NCBI GenBank assembly: GCA_964016885.1
Contig: OZ024762.1
Location: forward strand, 15,252,001 to 15,316,000
Direction: 5' to 3'
DNA: 64,000 bases
Source: Eledone cirrhosa
Taxonomy: Eukaryota
The position numbers were made by a program, and so were the translations under genes. The notes below the pieces were generated by a model that was not told the DNA's origin, searched no databases, and saw only the letters and a program-made list of their open reading frames with translations. Below, one piece after another: positions 1-11,571 of the stretch. Within the stretch, counting starts at the first letter, position 1. Every line of letters begins with the position of its first letter.

Positions 1-711
1 TTGGCTGGGACAATGACACACTAATCAGTCAGATTCCAACTCACTATGTCTGGCATATATTTTATACTTTATATTTCAATGAAGTTCTGTAAGTAACCTG
101 GTGGCTTAGATGGCAATACTGCTCGAATAGATGGCTTCTATTATGAAGTTATAAGTTCATTCCCTATCCACGATTGTAGAATTAATTTTATTTAGTTATT
201 ATTTAATCAATTCTTTTAACAAACAAATTATATCTATAAAACGCCAAATATAGTGAGTTCAAATCTGACTGACATGCATGGTATATATTTATGTTTCATT
301 ATACAGCGAACTTATAAAGATATGTATATATTGTCCAGGAGTTTCGAGTTTAGTGGGAATTGGTACAATTCTCAATTGGAGCTAGTCCCTGCAATATCAG
401 CATAAATAATGTTATACCGTTTCATGAAATCTTGCACACCCGATATTTTATACATGATTATTTAAAGGTGAACAAAAACCAAAGAACATTGAGCAGCATT
501 TCTCAACCTTTCTACCCATGTTGATCTCTTGAAATAGTTTTTATGTCTCAGGGAAGCCCTGCATAAAATATACTTTTTCTATCTCTAGAGCAGTGGTTCC
601 CAAATCGTGTGCTGCGAGATGAAACTAGATGAGCTGCAAAAGACTAAGATTAAGTTATAAGATGTGAAAAATATAAAACTGAAATTTCATATAAAAGTTC
701 AAATATAGCTA

Positions 712-885
712 CAGCCACAAACCTAGGCTCCACACCCCGCAACGCAGAGGAGAGTACGACAGTACCGAGGCCTGACTCACCTCTTCCACTCCATTGAGAC
801 CTCTGCCATACTTGGTCCCCGTACTGCTGATTTCCTCCATAAAGTCGGGAGGAAAGACGGCAGGTGCGACTATTGTAGCAGGTGT
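712..885 (+). mobile_element. Decayed C-terminal fragment of a CRE-like (RLE) non-LTR retrotransposon; in every unit
   Basis: Translates to ..QYRGLTHLF..IETSAILGPRTADFLHKVG, resembling the K..KY..L...F.P..ET.G..G tail of RLE-type elements. Confidence 0.5.
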
Positions 886-1156
886 TTCTGTTCTTGCTCC
901 GAGGTAACGCTTTTACGTTTCTTCCACGGGTTGCGGCTGAGGGACCACTTAGACTGGGGTGAAGTGTCTGTCACTCCCCCGACTTCTTATTTCTTTTTTT
1001 TCTCCTTTTCATTTTCTTTTCTCTTCTTGCTTATCTCTGCTATACCACGGCATCAAAAACATATATGATATATGTATGTATGGTATAGGTGTATTTATAT
1101 TGAGGATAGTTATCGAAGGTAAATAGACTGGTTGGAGCAATAACAGTTTGTTTATG

Positions 1157-1194
<38 letters not shown>

Positions 1195-1295
1195 TGTTCT
1201 TGTATTTCCATAGAAAAGGTAAAGAAAAGAAGAATGCTCTATGTATTGTACAGAGCTATTTAATTACATAATAAACAACTGAATATAATTATTCC

Positions 1296-2965
1296 ATGCA
1301 AATAGACTTAGAATGGAAAACATTCAGACAGAGAAGAATGGATAATGGGAATGTAGAAGAATTTCATATTAGTGATATGAATGTTTCGTGTGATCACTGT
1401 GGAGCTTTGAAATTTAGAAATGAAAATTGTAACTGTGGTAATAAAGGAAAGGTTGTGTTGCCTCCATTGCAAATATACCCTGAGAGACTGAGAAATCTCT
1501 TTGAAAGAGACCAGGAAGCAGTTGATTTCCAGAAACATCTGCAATTAAAACTACATTCATTTCACTTCATTTGGTGTTAAACTTGCCTTACCACCTGGCA
1601 GAGGCCCGTATAGCTTTCATATTCAGGGTCAAACATATCACTACACCCCCACTTCTGTAACCTGCAGAAAATACACCACAATATGGCCAGTTATATATTA
1701 TTGATGGGAATGAAGGTGTGTAGCACAGATTGGAAGTACCACCAAATAATTGTTTCTGGCATAAGGCCAGCAATTACTGGTACTTTATTCTATCGACCTC
1801 ATAAGGATGAAAACAAAGTCAACCTTGGAGGGATTTGAACCCAGAACGTAAAGGGCCATAACCCTATGCTGTAAAGCATGGTGTCTGACGCTCTACCGAT
1901 ACTGCCAATCCACCACCCTAGTACCAACAAATAATGACTGCTCACCACAAAAAATACTATGATAAGAGAGGTGTTGCATGAATGTAATCCATATGTCGAA
2001 GTGTATAATACAATGCATGGCATCAAACAGCAAAGTGCAAGAAGAGAAAATTGTCGTGTACAGACTGTGAATTAAGATATAGAAGACGATCAGATATGAG
2101 CTGCTATAATTTACCAACTAGTAATGATAGATCTTGTTTTGTGGGGGATTGAGGGCACACCACATGTACAAAGAGATATTATCATCTTTCCTAAAGACCA
2201 TACTCCTCAGAAAATACCACATAATTCATGCCACTTGGACCTCACGACCGACCCATAATGGTTAATTTTAGTGGCATAGTGACATGGAGAGGAATGCAGG
2301 ACCTGTGTTTGCAATAGACTGACAATGCAGGAGTATTACATATACTGTATAGCATATAGAGGAGGATTTAGTGCGATATATAGGGCAGGTAAATTATTTT
2401 AGCAGTATTTAGTGGAAGCCTATATGAAAGTAGAGGGATGCCTATATGAAAGTAGAGGGAAGTAGAGGGATTCAATATTTGAGGAACAATCAAGCCCAAT
2501 TGTGAGTGGATGAGTATAATGGTTTAATGAATTATCTAAACAGATGATAACACTGAGCCTTAAGAAATGAAGACAAGATAAGAAACAGAGAAGACATTGA
2601 CAAACTCCAATTAAAAGCAGGATCAATAATAATGCTTCTATGGAATATTTCAATCCAGAACAGATTATGTAATGGCACAAGATTAGAAGTAGTGGAACTG
2701 CATAAACATTTTATCGAAGCTTCTCATATCTATGGTCCTTTGATGGGCAGGTGTGTTTTGATCCCAAGACTGAAGTTAGCCCCCAGTGGTGCCAACATCC
2801 CTTTTACTTTGGAAAGACCCCAGTTTCCATTAAGACTGTCATATGCCATGACAATCAACAAGAACCATGGTCAAATACATGATAAAGTGGGTCTGTTTCT
2901 CCCTGAGCAAGTATTTAACCCTGGACAATTGTATGTTGCTTTTTAAAGAGTTCACAGACAAATGT
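1296..2965 (+). mobile_element. Internally deleted, frameshifted Helitron RepHel remnant (unit 1)
   Basis: N-terminal Zn-finger region CDHCGALKF..C..GKVVLPPL, then GPYSFHIQGQTYH, YGQLYIID, LHECNPYV, AGKLFxQYLVEAYMKVE. It is joined directly to the PIF1 helicase C-terminus LCNGTRL..IPR..PF..R.QFPLRLSYAMTINK.HGQ..VG.FL...VF.PGQLYVA. Contains stops and frameshifts; the Rep catalytic core and most of the helicase are missing. Confidence 0.9.
1751..1919 (-). mobile_element. tRNA-derived SINE (Nin-domain-like) inserted in the Helitron remnant; present in all five units
   Basis: Homologous to the SINE at 50867-51053. Flanked by a 16-bp TSD agtacca(c/a)caaataat at 1735-1750 and 1920-1935. Confidence 0.85.
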
Positions 2966-3139
2966 AAAAATTAATCCTACCAACCCCACCACTCCTACAA
3001 CTGTTAGCCCACCCCCAGCACCACCCAACCTCTGTTCTAGTCCCACCGTTAGAACCAATTCTGCTTACCCAGCTTCTTTTACTAGTTCACTCACTCCGTC
3101 GCTCGAATTTCAAAGCTGGCCCTCTACACTTGGTCGTTG

Positions 3140-3270
3140 CCAGGTCACCACCTGATTGTGCTCTCTGTGTCTGCATTAGCCGGTACCTAAACACAATGAA
3201 ATGTCACCTGTGCTACCAAAACTACCACAGGAACTGTGTCGGCATCAGCAAGGCTTCAATACTAGACCTT
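3140..3270 (+). pseudogene. Truncated PHD-finger-like coding remnant, probably from a retrotransposon ORF; in every unit
   Basis: DCALCVCISRYLNTMKCHLCYQNYHRNCVGIS shows Cx2C..Cx2Cx4Hx2C spacing but lacks the final WxCx2C. Preceded by a Pro/Thr-rich linker. Confidence 0.55.
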
Positions 3271-3728
3271 TAATCAGCGCCACTTTAGCTCCGACGACCA
3301 GCTCTCTACCGAGTGTGTGTTGGTGGAGGGGACATGAGACCAGCAAAGTCGTAGGAGTAGAGACTAGTAAATAATATACGGTCCTAGCTATGTTAAGAAT
3401 ATATATAAGAAACATGTTCTTTACATTTAAGAAGACAAGAGAAATAAATATTTACCTCTTTCATGTAGGTAATATAGCGGTGTTATAAAACTAATTATAC
3501 GACCGGTGTAACAGTCGGTATAAATGAAAGATGTAGAAATAAAAGTTTTAACAATGACATGAATAAAGATACAGTAATTTAATATGAGCAAGAATAAATA
3601 TTTAATGGAATTAAATGTAATTTAATAAGAAATAAGTAAAAGAATGAATTGCTTAGGTAAAAGAAAAAAGCAAAATGAAGAAACAGAAAATTTGGTTTGT
3701 CTTTATAAACCTTATTTAGACTAATTAA

Positions 3729-4250
3729 TCGGGCTGGAAGAAGTTTATGGAGCTGCTTCCTCTCGTGACAAAGAAGGGTTTCTCCCTGCGTACAAAAGGT
3801 TGGTTGTTTGATGCCTGTGTGAGATGCACAATGTTGCATGGTAGTGAGACATGGGCAGCAACTGCAGAGGATATGCGAAGGCTGGAGAGAAATGAAGCAA
3901 ACATGCTCCATTGGATGTGCAATGTCAATGTGCGTGAAAGACCAAGCATGGACGAGTTGAGAGTGAAACTCTATAAGAAGGATAAACTGTAGTGTGCGGG
4001 AGAGAAGACTGTGTTAGTATGGCCATGCGATGCGTATGCAGGATTACCGCAGGGTGAAGAAGTGCCAAGTAATCCCAGTGGGAGGAAGACGCAGTAGAGG
4101 AAGACCAAGCAAGATATGGGCAGAGGTAGTGAGAGCTGACCTCAGATCGTTGAAGCTCAGAGGAGATGATGAAGGAGAGATGCTGCGCTGAAGAGGATCT
4201 GTCCCACCCTTATAAGCAGGGAAAAGTGGATGTATAATGATGATGATATA
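3729..4250 (+). mobile_element. 5'-truncated RTE-clade LINE 3' end (copies at ~12335, ~20891, ~29508; broken copy 38061-38251)
   Basis: GWKKF.ELLPL...GFSL..KG.L...CVR..MLHGSETWA, RRL.WYGH..RM, RGRP.K.W motifs. Ends in a (gat)n tail like the longer RTE copies in this window. Confidence 0.9.
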
Positions 4251-4699
4251 TATATGTCCCACCCTTGCAAAAAGGAAAAAGCAGACGTAAAATGAAAATG
4301 CTGATATATATAGATAGATATGTATATATATATATATATACTTATACGTCATGGTGGCTACAGGTGCCAAGAGGAAGAAGCCGGACAATCCTCTGATATT
4401 TGTTTATCTTCCTTTCCTTCGTGGGCCGCGGTAGCCGGGTTTGTGGCCGAAGCAACCAAGTTGAAATCGGCCACCGGTGGTTGATATCACCAGGTTAGGA
4501 AACCCTGGTTTAGTAGCTCCAGTTATTACTTCGTTAGATATAGTCCGTAATTGAAATTAAAGCCTAAAGGTGTACTAAAGCCACAAACGTTTTTCTATCT
4601 ATGAATTATTAGTGGTGTAAACAGATGAATTAAAGTCAAAGCTAATAAATATATCACCAAGAAGAATATCTAAGGATTTCCAAAGTGTAAAGTCAGCTC

Positions 4700-4910
4700 A
4701 AGCCTGGAGACTTATCAAGCAGGTGCCTGTCCCAGTTCCTGTAGCGTAAAGGGACTGAGAGTACATGACTTCCCCCTGGACATGATGTCAGTCCATCGCA
4801 GGGTTAACACCCCACCTATATGAAATGAAGTTTTTGTTCAAGTAAAACAACTAACAACGCAGTCCAGGAATCGAATACATATATGATCGTAAGACCAACA
4901 CACTTACCAC
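4700..4910 (-). mobile_element. Decayed tRNA-derived SINE, second family; in each full unit
   Basis: The minus strand starts gtggtaagtgtgttgg..ttcgattcctggactg (A/B-box-like), followed by a body ccctgcgatggactgacatcatgtccagggggaag typical of V/Meta-type SINE bodies. Confidence 0.6.
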
Positions 4911-5284
4911 AAGAATTATTTTAACAAGCCTACATCCTACTGAGCCCAAGAAAGGGGCCTCATAACTAGAACAGGCATCATTTGTCCTAAATACGGAGCT
5001 GACTTTACATATAATTATATATATATATATAATTATATATATATATATAGTATGTGTGTGTGTATGAAGATGTATGACCCCCTAGCAAGCCAAACTACAG
5101 TTACTCCCCAACATGGACAGCAAATTAAAATATTACCTGTTAGAGACGAACGTAAAATGATTTGTTAGTGAACTACCGGTGTAACAGTAATTATGTTACC
5201 GGTGTAACTATTTCTGTTTACCTTATTTTTAAATCACACTCCTATATTAGTTTAGTGACCTTTCAATTCAAATAAATTCTTGAT

Positions 5285-5697
5285 GATGAGTGAACTCGCA
5301 TCGGAGTAGCCCAACGCCTTGGCCTCCGCGTGTGTGAGCCACATAAATGGTCTCAACGACATAGTGAGAAGAAGCCTGGACGCAGCTGAATTTCCATCTC
5401 AACTGGAGCCAGCAGGCCTAGGCCGCGGAGATGGCAAGCACCCCGAGGGAATCACCCTCTTCCCATTCGAAGGAGGTAGATCCACAAACCCCAGCATCGC
5501 AGCCCGTCTCGCAGATGAACATAAAATAAACAAATTCCGGTGTTTGTCCTGGAGCTTCTTCTACGCACCAGCCGCTGTCGAGACCCCCAGGCCTACTTGG
5601 ACCCATTACAGCCGAGCTCCTCCGCAACATCGGAGTGTCTGTGGCCCGTCTGAAGATGAAGTGCCACGAGGTTGGATGGTTGTTGCAGCAGGTGTCA
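5285..5697 (+). mobile_element. CRE-like non-LTR retrotransposon restriction-like endonuclease remnant (copies at ~13891, ~22451, ~31066)
   Basis: LNDIVRRSL.AA.FPSQLEPAGLGRGDGKHPEGITLFPF matches the RH..LN.....L....P..LEP.GL.R.DGKRPDG motif. It continues AA..ADEHK..KF..L......P.AVET. Internally deleted and frameshifted. Confidence 0.8.
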
Positions 5698-5922
5698 CTG
5701 CCCTTACATATATATACGTAAATGTTCCCTTGACTGCTATTTCTAGCATATATTAATAGACACTTTAGAAACAGCAGCTAAAAATCAGGAAACAACAGTG
5801 GGTGTCTGTATATATATACACAGAGAGAAAAAGAGAGAGAGAGAGATAGAGAGAGCAGCCAAAGACACACACACACGCACATACAGACAGGTGTATGTAT
5901 ATATATGTGTGTGTCTTTGCGT

Positions 5923-5971
<49 letters not shown>

Positions 5972-6094
5972 TTATATCAGTGATCCCCTTCGCAACCTTT
6001 AATTAAACAAACCTGCGATGAGGCGATGATCAAAATAACCACCAAAATGTCAACAAACGGATACACGATAACATGTGTAGACGAAGTAAAACTT

Positions 6095-6680
6095 TTATTA
6101 CTGTAATATAAAGTAGAAACCCTTTATTTAAACAAAGCTGCGATGCAGCAATGATCAAAAGAAACTTCAAAATGTAAACAAACTTCTCGTAGGTGCTGCC
6201 AGATACACGATAACATGTGTATACGAAGTGTATCTGGAAGTTTGGTCGTATTATATCGCTTTCAAATTGACCCCTATTATATTCAAATTATCCCCTGTGG
6301 GGCGTGCACCCCACGTTGAGAATCCCTCATAAATAAATATATGTGAGTGTGTTGCTATGACTGCTATTTCTAGCAGGTTTACTGCTGTCCTGTAGACGCA
6401 CAACAAAAACCGGAAGTGGCAGCCATTAAAAAACTTTGGCTTAAAATCAGGCAAAAGTTTTTTAACAATTTGCCAAGAAAGATAACTGTTGTCTTACTTA
6501 ATCGCAAAAATCGAGGCAAAAATTTTGCGGGTGTGCAGTTTGTTTGGTGTATTTGACTGCTATTTCTAGCATGTATGGACGCTTTAGAAATAGCAGCGAA
6601 ACACGGAAAACAGCAGAAAGAAGGACACACACCTATATATATATATATATAGGTGTGTGTCCTTCTTTCTGCTGTATATA

Positions 6681-6736
<56 letters not shown>

Positions 6737-7629
6737 CCAGGTATACACTCACCCATACATATACGCGTGTATATATATATAAATATATATATTTAAATGT
6801 ATATATATCTGTGCATATATGTATATGTATATATGTATATATATATATATATATATACAGATACATAATTATATATATATATACGTGTGTGTCCTTCTTT
6901 CTATTGTTTTCCGTGTTTCGCTGCTATTTCAAAAGCGTCCATACATGCTAGAAATAGCAGTCGAATACACCAAACAAACTGCACACCCGCAAAATTTTTG
7001 CCTCGATTTTTGCGATTAAGTAAGACAAGAGTTATCTTTCTTGGCAAATTGTTAAAAAACTTTTGCCTGATTTTAAGCCAAAGTTTTTTAATGGCTGCCA
7101 CTTCCGGTTTTCGTTGTGCGTCTACAGGACAGCAGTAAACCTGCTAGAAATAGCAGTCAAATACACCAAACAAACTGCACACCCGCAAAATTTTTGCCTC
7201 GATTTTTGCGATTAAGTAAGACAACAGTTATCTTTCTTGGCAAAACAGCCTGGTTTGTTAAAAAAATTTTGCCTGATTTTAAGCCAAAGTTTTTTAATGG
7301 CTGCCACTTCCGGTTTTCGTTGTGCGTCTACAGGACAGCAGTAAACCTGCTAGAAATAGCAGTCATAGCAACACACTCACATATATTTATTTATGAGGAA
7401 TTCTCAACGTGGGGTGCACGCCCCACAGGGGATAATTTGAATATAATAGGGGTCAATTTGAAAGTGATATAATACGACCAAACTTCCAGATCCACTTCGT
7501 ATACACATGTTATCGTGTATCTGGCAGCACCTTGCGAGAAGTTTGTTTACATTTTGGGGTTTGCTCTGATCATCGCTGCATCGCAGCTTTGTTTAAATAA
7601 AGGGTTTCTACTTTATATTACAGTAATAA
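6095..7629. repeat. Large inverted repeat (arms ~6095-6633 and ~6885-7629); copies at 14701-16253, 23269-24828, 31870-33399
   Basis: The right arm is the near-exact reverse complement of the left arm plus one extra tandem ~197-210 bp sub-unit. The spacer is an (AT)/(GT) microsatellite. Confidence 0.97.
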
Positions 7630-7730
7630 CACTTTTACAAGACTCGGATTGTTTTTATATTAAAGGGGGGACATAAACATATTTTAAATGTCGAGGTGGG
7701 GCATGGTGCAGAGAAGGTTTTAAACCACTG
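7395..7730. mobile_element. hAT/Charlie-like MITE forming the outer part of the palindrome arm
   Basis: Ends gag(g/a)attctcaacgtggggtgcacgcccc and aaggttttaaaccactg resemble CAGTGG/CAGGG..TCTCAAC hAT termini. Further hAT-like ends at ~494 and ~590. Confidence 0.45.
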
Positions 7731-7848
7731 ATATATATTTATTTATGCCCTTCTTTCTGTTGTTTTTTAAACTCTGAACTCAGCATTTTTCTGTTGTTCT
7801 CCGGGATTCTAGCAAAGTATAACAATATATATATATATATATATATAT

Positions 7849-8070
7849 ATGGCAGTCAACCTCAGACTCGAAAAAGCCGCCGCTAATCGTGATCGTTGGG
7901 GTTATAATTAGACTAAAGTGCTTCCACTGGGCACCATTAGCTGGTTGTGATCATTGGAGAATTCTTTCTGCGCTGAAAGAGCCTAGGACTAAAAGATATA
8001 TATATAGATGTCGAAACGGCAGTAGCACAGCCGTTGGGGTCCTGAATATTTTCACATCTATATATATGTG
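7849..8070 (+). mobile_element. Penelope-like element 3' remnant with degenerate hammerhead (copies at ~16463, ~25047, ~33617)
   Basis: AVNLRLEK...NRDRWGYN resembles the GIY-YIG C-terminal AI.I+LEKP.LNRD.G motif. It is followed by ctgcgc-tgaaaga..gaaacggcagta-gcacag, a broken type I hammerhead as found in Penelope pLTRs. Confidence 0.5.
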
Positions 8071-9901
8071 TGTATTCTGCGATATTTATAATTACATAAG
8101 TAAGCATATTTGAATAACAAAATTTGAGGTTTAAATACTTTATTTTTTACCAATAACATACAGAAAGGCATGAATAACACCACATGTTAATTACTTTAAT
8201 ATTGAAAGTGGGCTTATAAATATTAAATTCAGCAGATTTTTGTAGCCTTCATGGTGGTCTGGTGGGTGATACCAGAGATGGTGGAGGTCCTGGTCTCGGG
8301 TTCAATACTGTTCATGGGATACGTATAAGGCTTCATGCTTTTTTTTTTTTTTTTTTTTTCTTATATATATCCTCTTTTCTTCTTAGCCCTAGATATAAAT
8401 ATATATACATAAGGTAATTTGGTAGAATTGTTACAACATCCGATAAAATTCTTTGCAGTATTTTTCCAGTTCTTTACTCCGAGTTCAACTTTACCTTTCT
8501 TCCATTCGGTGTCGATAAGTCTTGAATATGTCTAACGTAGCAACAACTGGAGCTACTTAACCAAGTTTTCCCAACCTAGTTGATATCACCTATCGGTTGG
8601 CGATTTAAACTGTTGGCTGGGACAATGACCAACTAATCAGTCAGATTCCAACTCACTATGTCTGGCATATATTTTATACTTTATATTTCAATGAAGTTCT
8701 GTAAGTAACCTGGTGGCTTAGATGGCAATACTGCTCGAATAGATGGCTTCTATTATGAAGTTATAAGTTCATTCCCTATCCACGATTGTAGAATTAATTT
8801 TATTTAGTTATTATTTAATCAATTCTTTTAACAAACAAATTATATCTATAAAACGCCAAATATAGTGAGTTCAAATCTGACTGACATGCATGGTATATAT
8901 TTATGTTTCATTATACAGCGAACTTATAAAGATATGTATATATTGTCCAGGAGTTTCGAGTTTAGTGGGAATTGGTACAATTCTCAATTGGAGCTAGTCC
9001 CTGCAATATCAGCATAAATAATGTTATACCGTTTCATGAAATCTTGCACACCCGATATTTTATACATGATTATTTAAAGGTGAACAAAAACCAAAGAACA
9101 TTGAGCAGCATTTCTCAACCTTTCTACCCATGTTGATCTCTTGAAATAGTTTTTATGTCTCAGGGAAGCCCTGCATAAAATATACTTTTTCTATCTCTAG
9201 AGCAGTGGTTCCCAAATCGTGTGCTGCGAGATGAAACTAGATGAGCTGCAAAAGACTAAGATTAAGTTATAAGATGTGAAAAATATAAAACTGAAATTTC
9301 ATATAAAAGTTCAAATATAGCTACAGCCACAAACCTAGGCTCCACACCCCGCAACGCAGAGGAGAGTACGACAGTACCGAGGCCTGACTCACCTCTTCCA
9401 CTCCATTGAGACCTCTGCCATACTTGGTCCCCGTACTGCTGATTTCCTCCATAAAGTCGGGAGGAAAGACGGCAGGTGCGACTATTGTAGCAGGTGTTTC
9501 TGTTCTTGCTCCGAGGTAACGCTTTTACGTTTCTTCCACGGGTTGCGGCTGAGGGACCACTTAGACTGGGGTGAAGTGTCTGTCACTCCCCCGACTTCTT
9601 ATTTTTTTTTTTTCTCCTTTTCATTTTCTTTTCTCTTCTTGCTTATCTCTGCTATACCACGGCATCAAAAACATATATGATATATGTATGTATGGTATAG
9701 GTGTATTTATATTGAGGATAGTTATCGAAGGTAAATAGACTGGTTGGAGCAATAACAGTTTGTTTATGTATATAAATATATATATATATATATATATGTT
9801 TGTTCTTGTATTTCCATAGAAAAGGTAAAGAAAAGAAGAATGCTCTATGTATTGTACAGAGCTATTTAATTACATAATAAACAACTGAATATAATTATTC
9901 C

Positions 9902-11571
9902 ATGCAAATAGACTTAGAATGGAAAACATTCAGACAGAGAAGAATGGATAATGGGAATGTAGAAGAATTTCATATTAGTGATATGAATGTTTCGTGTGAT
10001 CACTGTGGAGCTTTGAAATTTAGAAATGAAAATTGTAACTGTGGTAATAAAGGAAAGGTTGTGTTGCCTCCATTGCAAATATACCCTGAGAGACTGAGAA
10101 ATCTCTTTGAAAGAGACCAGGAAGCAGTTGATTTCCAGAAACATCTGCAATTAAAACTACATTCATTTCACTTCATTTGGTGTTAAACTTGCCTTACCAC
10201 CTGGCAGAGGCCCGTATAGCTTTCATATTCAGGGTCAAACATATCACTACACCCCCACTTCTGTAACCTGCAGAAAATACACCACAATATGGCCAGTTAT
10301 ATATTATTGATGGGAATGAAGGTGTGTAGCACAGATTGGAAGTACCACCAAATAATTGTTTCTGGCATAAGGCCAGCAATTACTGGTACTTTATTCTATC
10401 GACCTCATAAGGATGAAAACAAAGTCAACCTTGGAGGGATTTGAACCCAGAACGTAAAGGGCCATAACCCTATGCTGTAAAGCATGGTGTCTGACGCTCT
10501 ACCGATACTGCCAATCCACCACCCTAGTACCAACAAATAATGACTGCTCACCACAAAAAATACTATGATAAGAGAGGTGTTGCATGAATGTAATCCATAT
10601 GTCGAAGTGTATAATACAATGCATGGCATCAAACAGCAAAGTGCAAGAAGAGAAAATTGTCGTGTACAGACTGTGAATTAAGATATAGAAGACGATCAGA
10701 TATGAGCTGCTATAATTTACCAACTAGTAATGATAGATCTTGTTTTGTGGGGGATTGAGGGCACACCACATGTACAAAGAGATATTATCATCTTTCCTAA
10801 AGACCATACTCCTCAGAAAATACCACATAATTCATGCCACTTGGACCTCACGACCGACCCATAATGGTTAATTTTAGTGGCATAGTGACATGGAGAGGAA
10901 TGCAGGACCTGTGTTTGCAATAGACTGACAATGCAGGAGTATTACATATACTGTATAGCATATAGAGGAGGATTTAGTGCGATATATAGGGCAGGTAAAT
11001 TATTTTAGCAGTATTTAGTGGAAGCCTATATGAAAGTAGAGGGATGCCTATATGAAAGTAGAGGGAAGTAGAGGGATTCAATATTTGAGGAACAATCAAG
11101 CCCAATTGTGAGTGGATGAGTATAATGGTTTAATGAATTATCTAAACAGATGATAACACTGAGCCTTAAGAAATGAAGACAAGATAAGAAACAGAGAAGA
11201 CATTGACAAACTCCAATTAAAAGCAGGATCAATAATAATGCTTCTATGGAATATTTCAATCCAGAACAGATTATGTAATGGCACAAGATTAGAAGTAGTG
11301 GAACTGCATAAACATTTTATCGAAGCTTCTCATATCTATGGTCCTTTGATGGGCAGGTGTGTTTTGATCCCAAGACTGAAGTTAGCCCCCAGTGGTGCCA
11401 ACATCCCTTTTACTTTGGAAAGACCCCAGTTTCCATTAAGACTGTCATATGCCATGACAATCAACAAGAACCATGGTCAAATACATGATAAAGTGGGTCT
11501 GTTTCTCCCTGAGCAAGTATTTAACCCTGGACAATTGTATGTTGCTTTTTAAAGAGTTCACAGACAAATGT
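9902..11571 (+). mobile_element. Helitron RepHel remnant (unit 2)
   Basis: Copy of 1296-2965. Confidence 0.9.

Noticed and set aside
6379-7472. ORFs with IYIY runs and their mirrored partners (also at 51.6-52.1, 57.9-58.7 and 60.3-60.7 kb)
   Set aside because: Products of (AT)n microsatellites and the inverted repeat, with no protein motifs.
8245-8320. tRNA-like sequences here and at ~95-175 in each unit
   Set aside because: A/B-box-like words are present but no consistent cloverleaf; more likely decayed SINE heads than tRNA genes.
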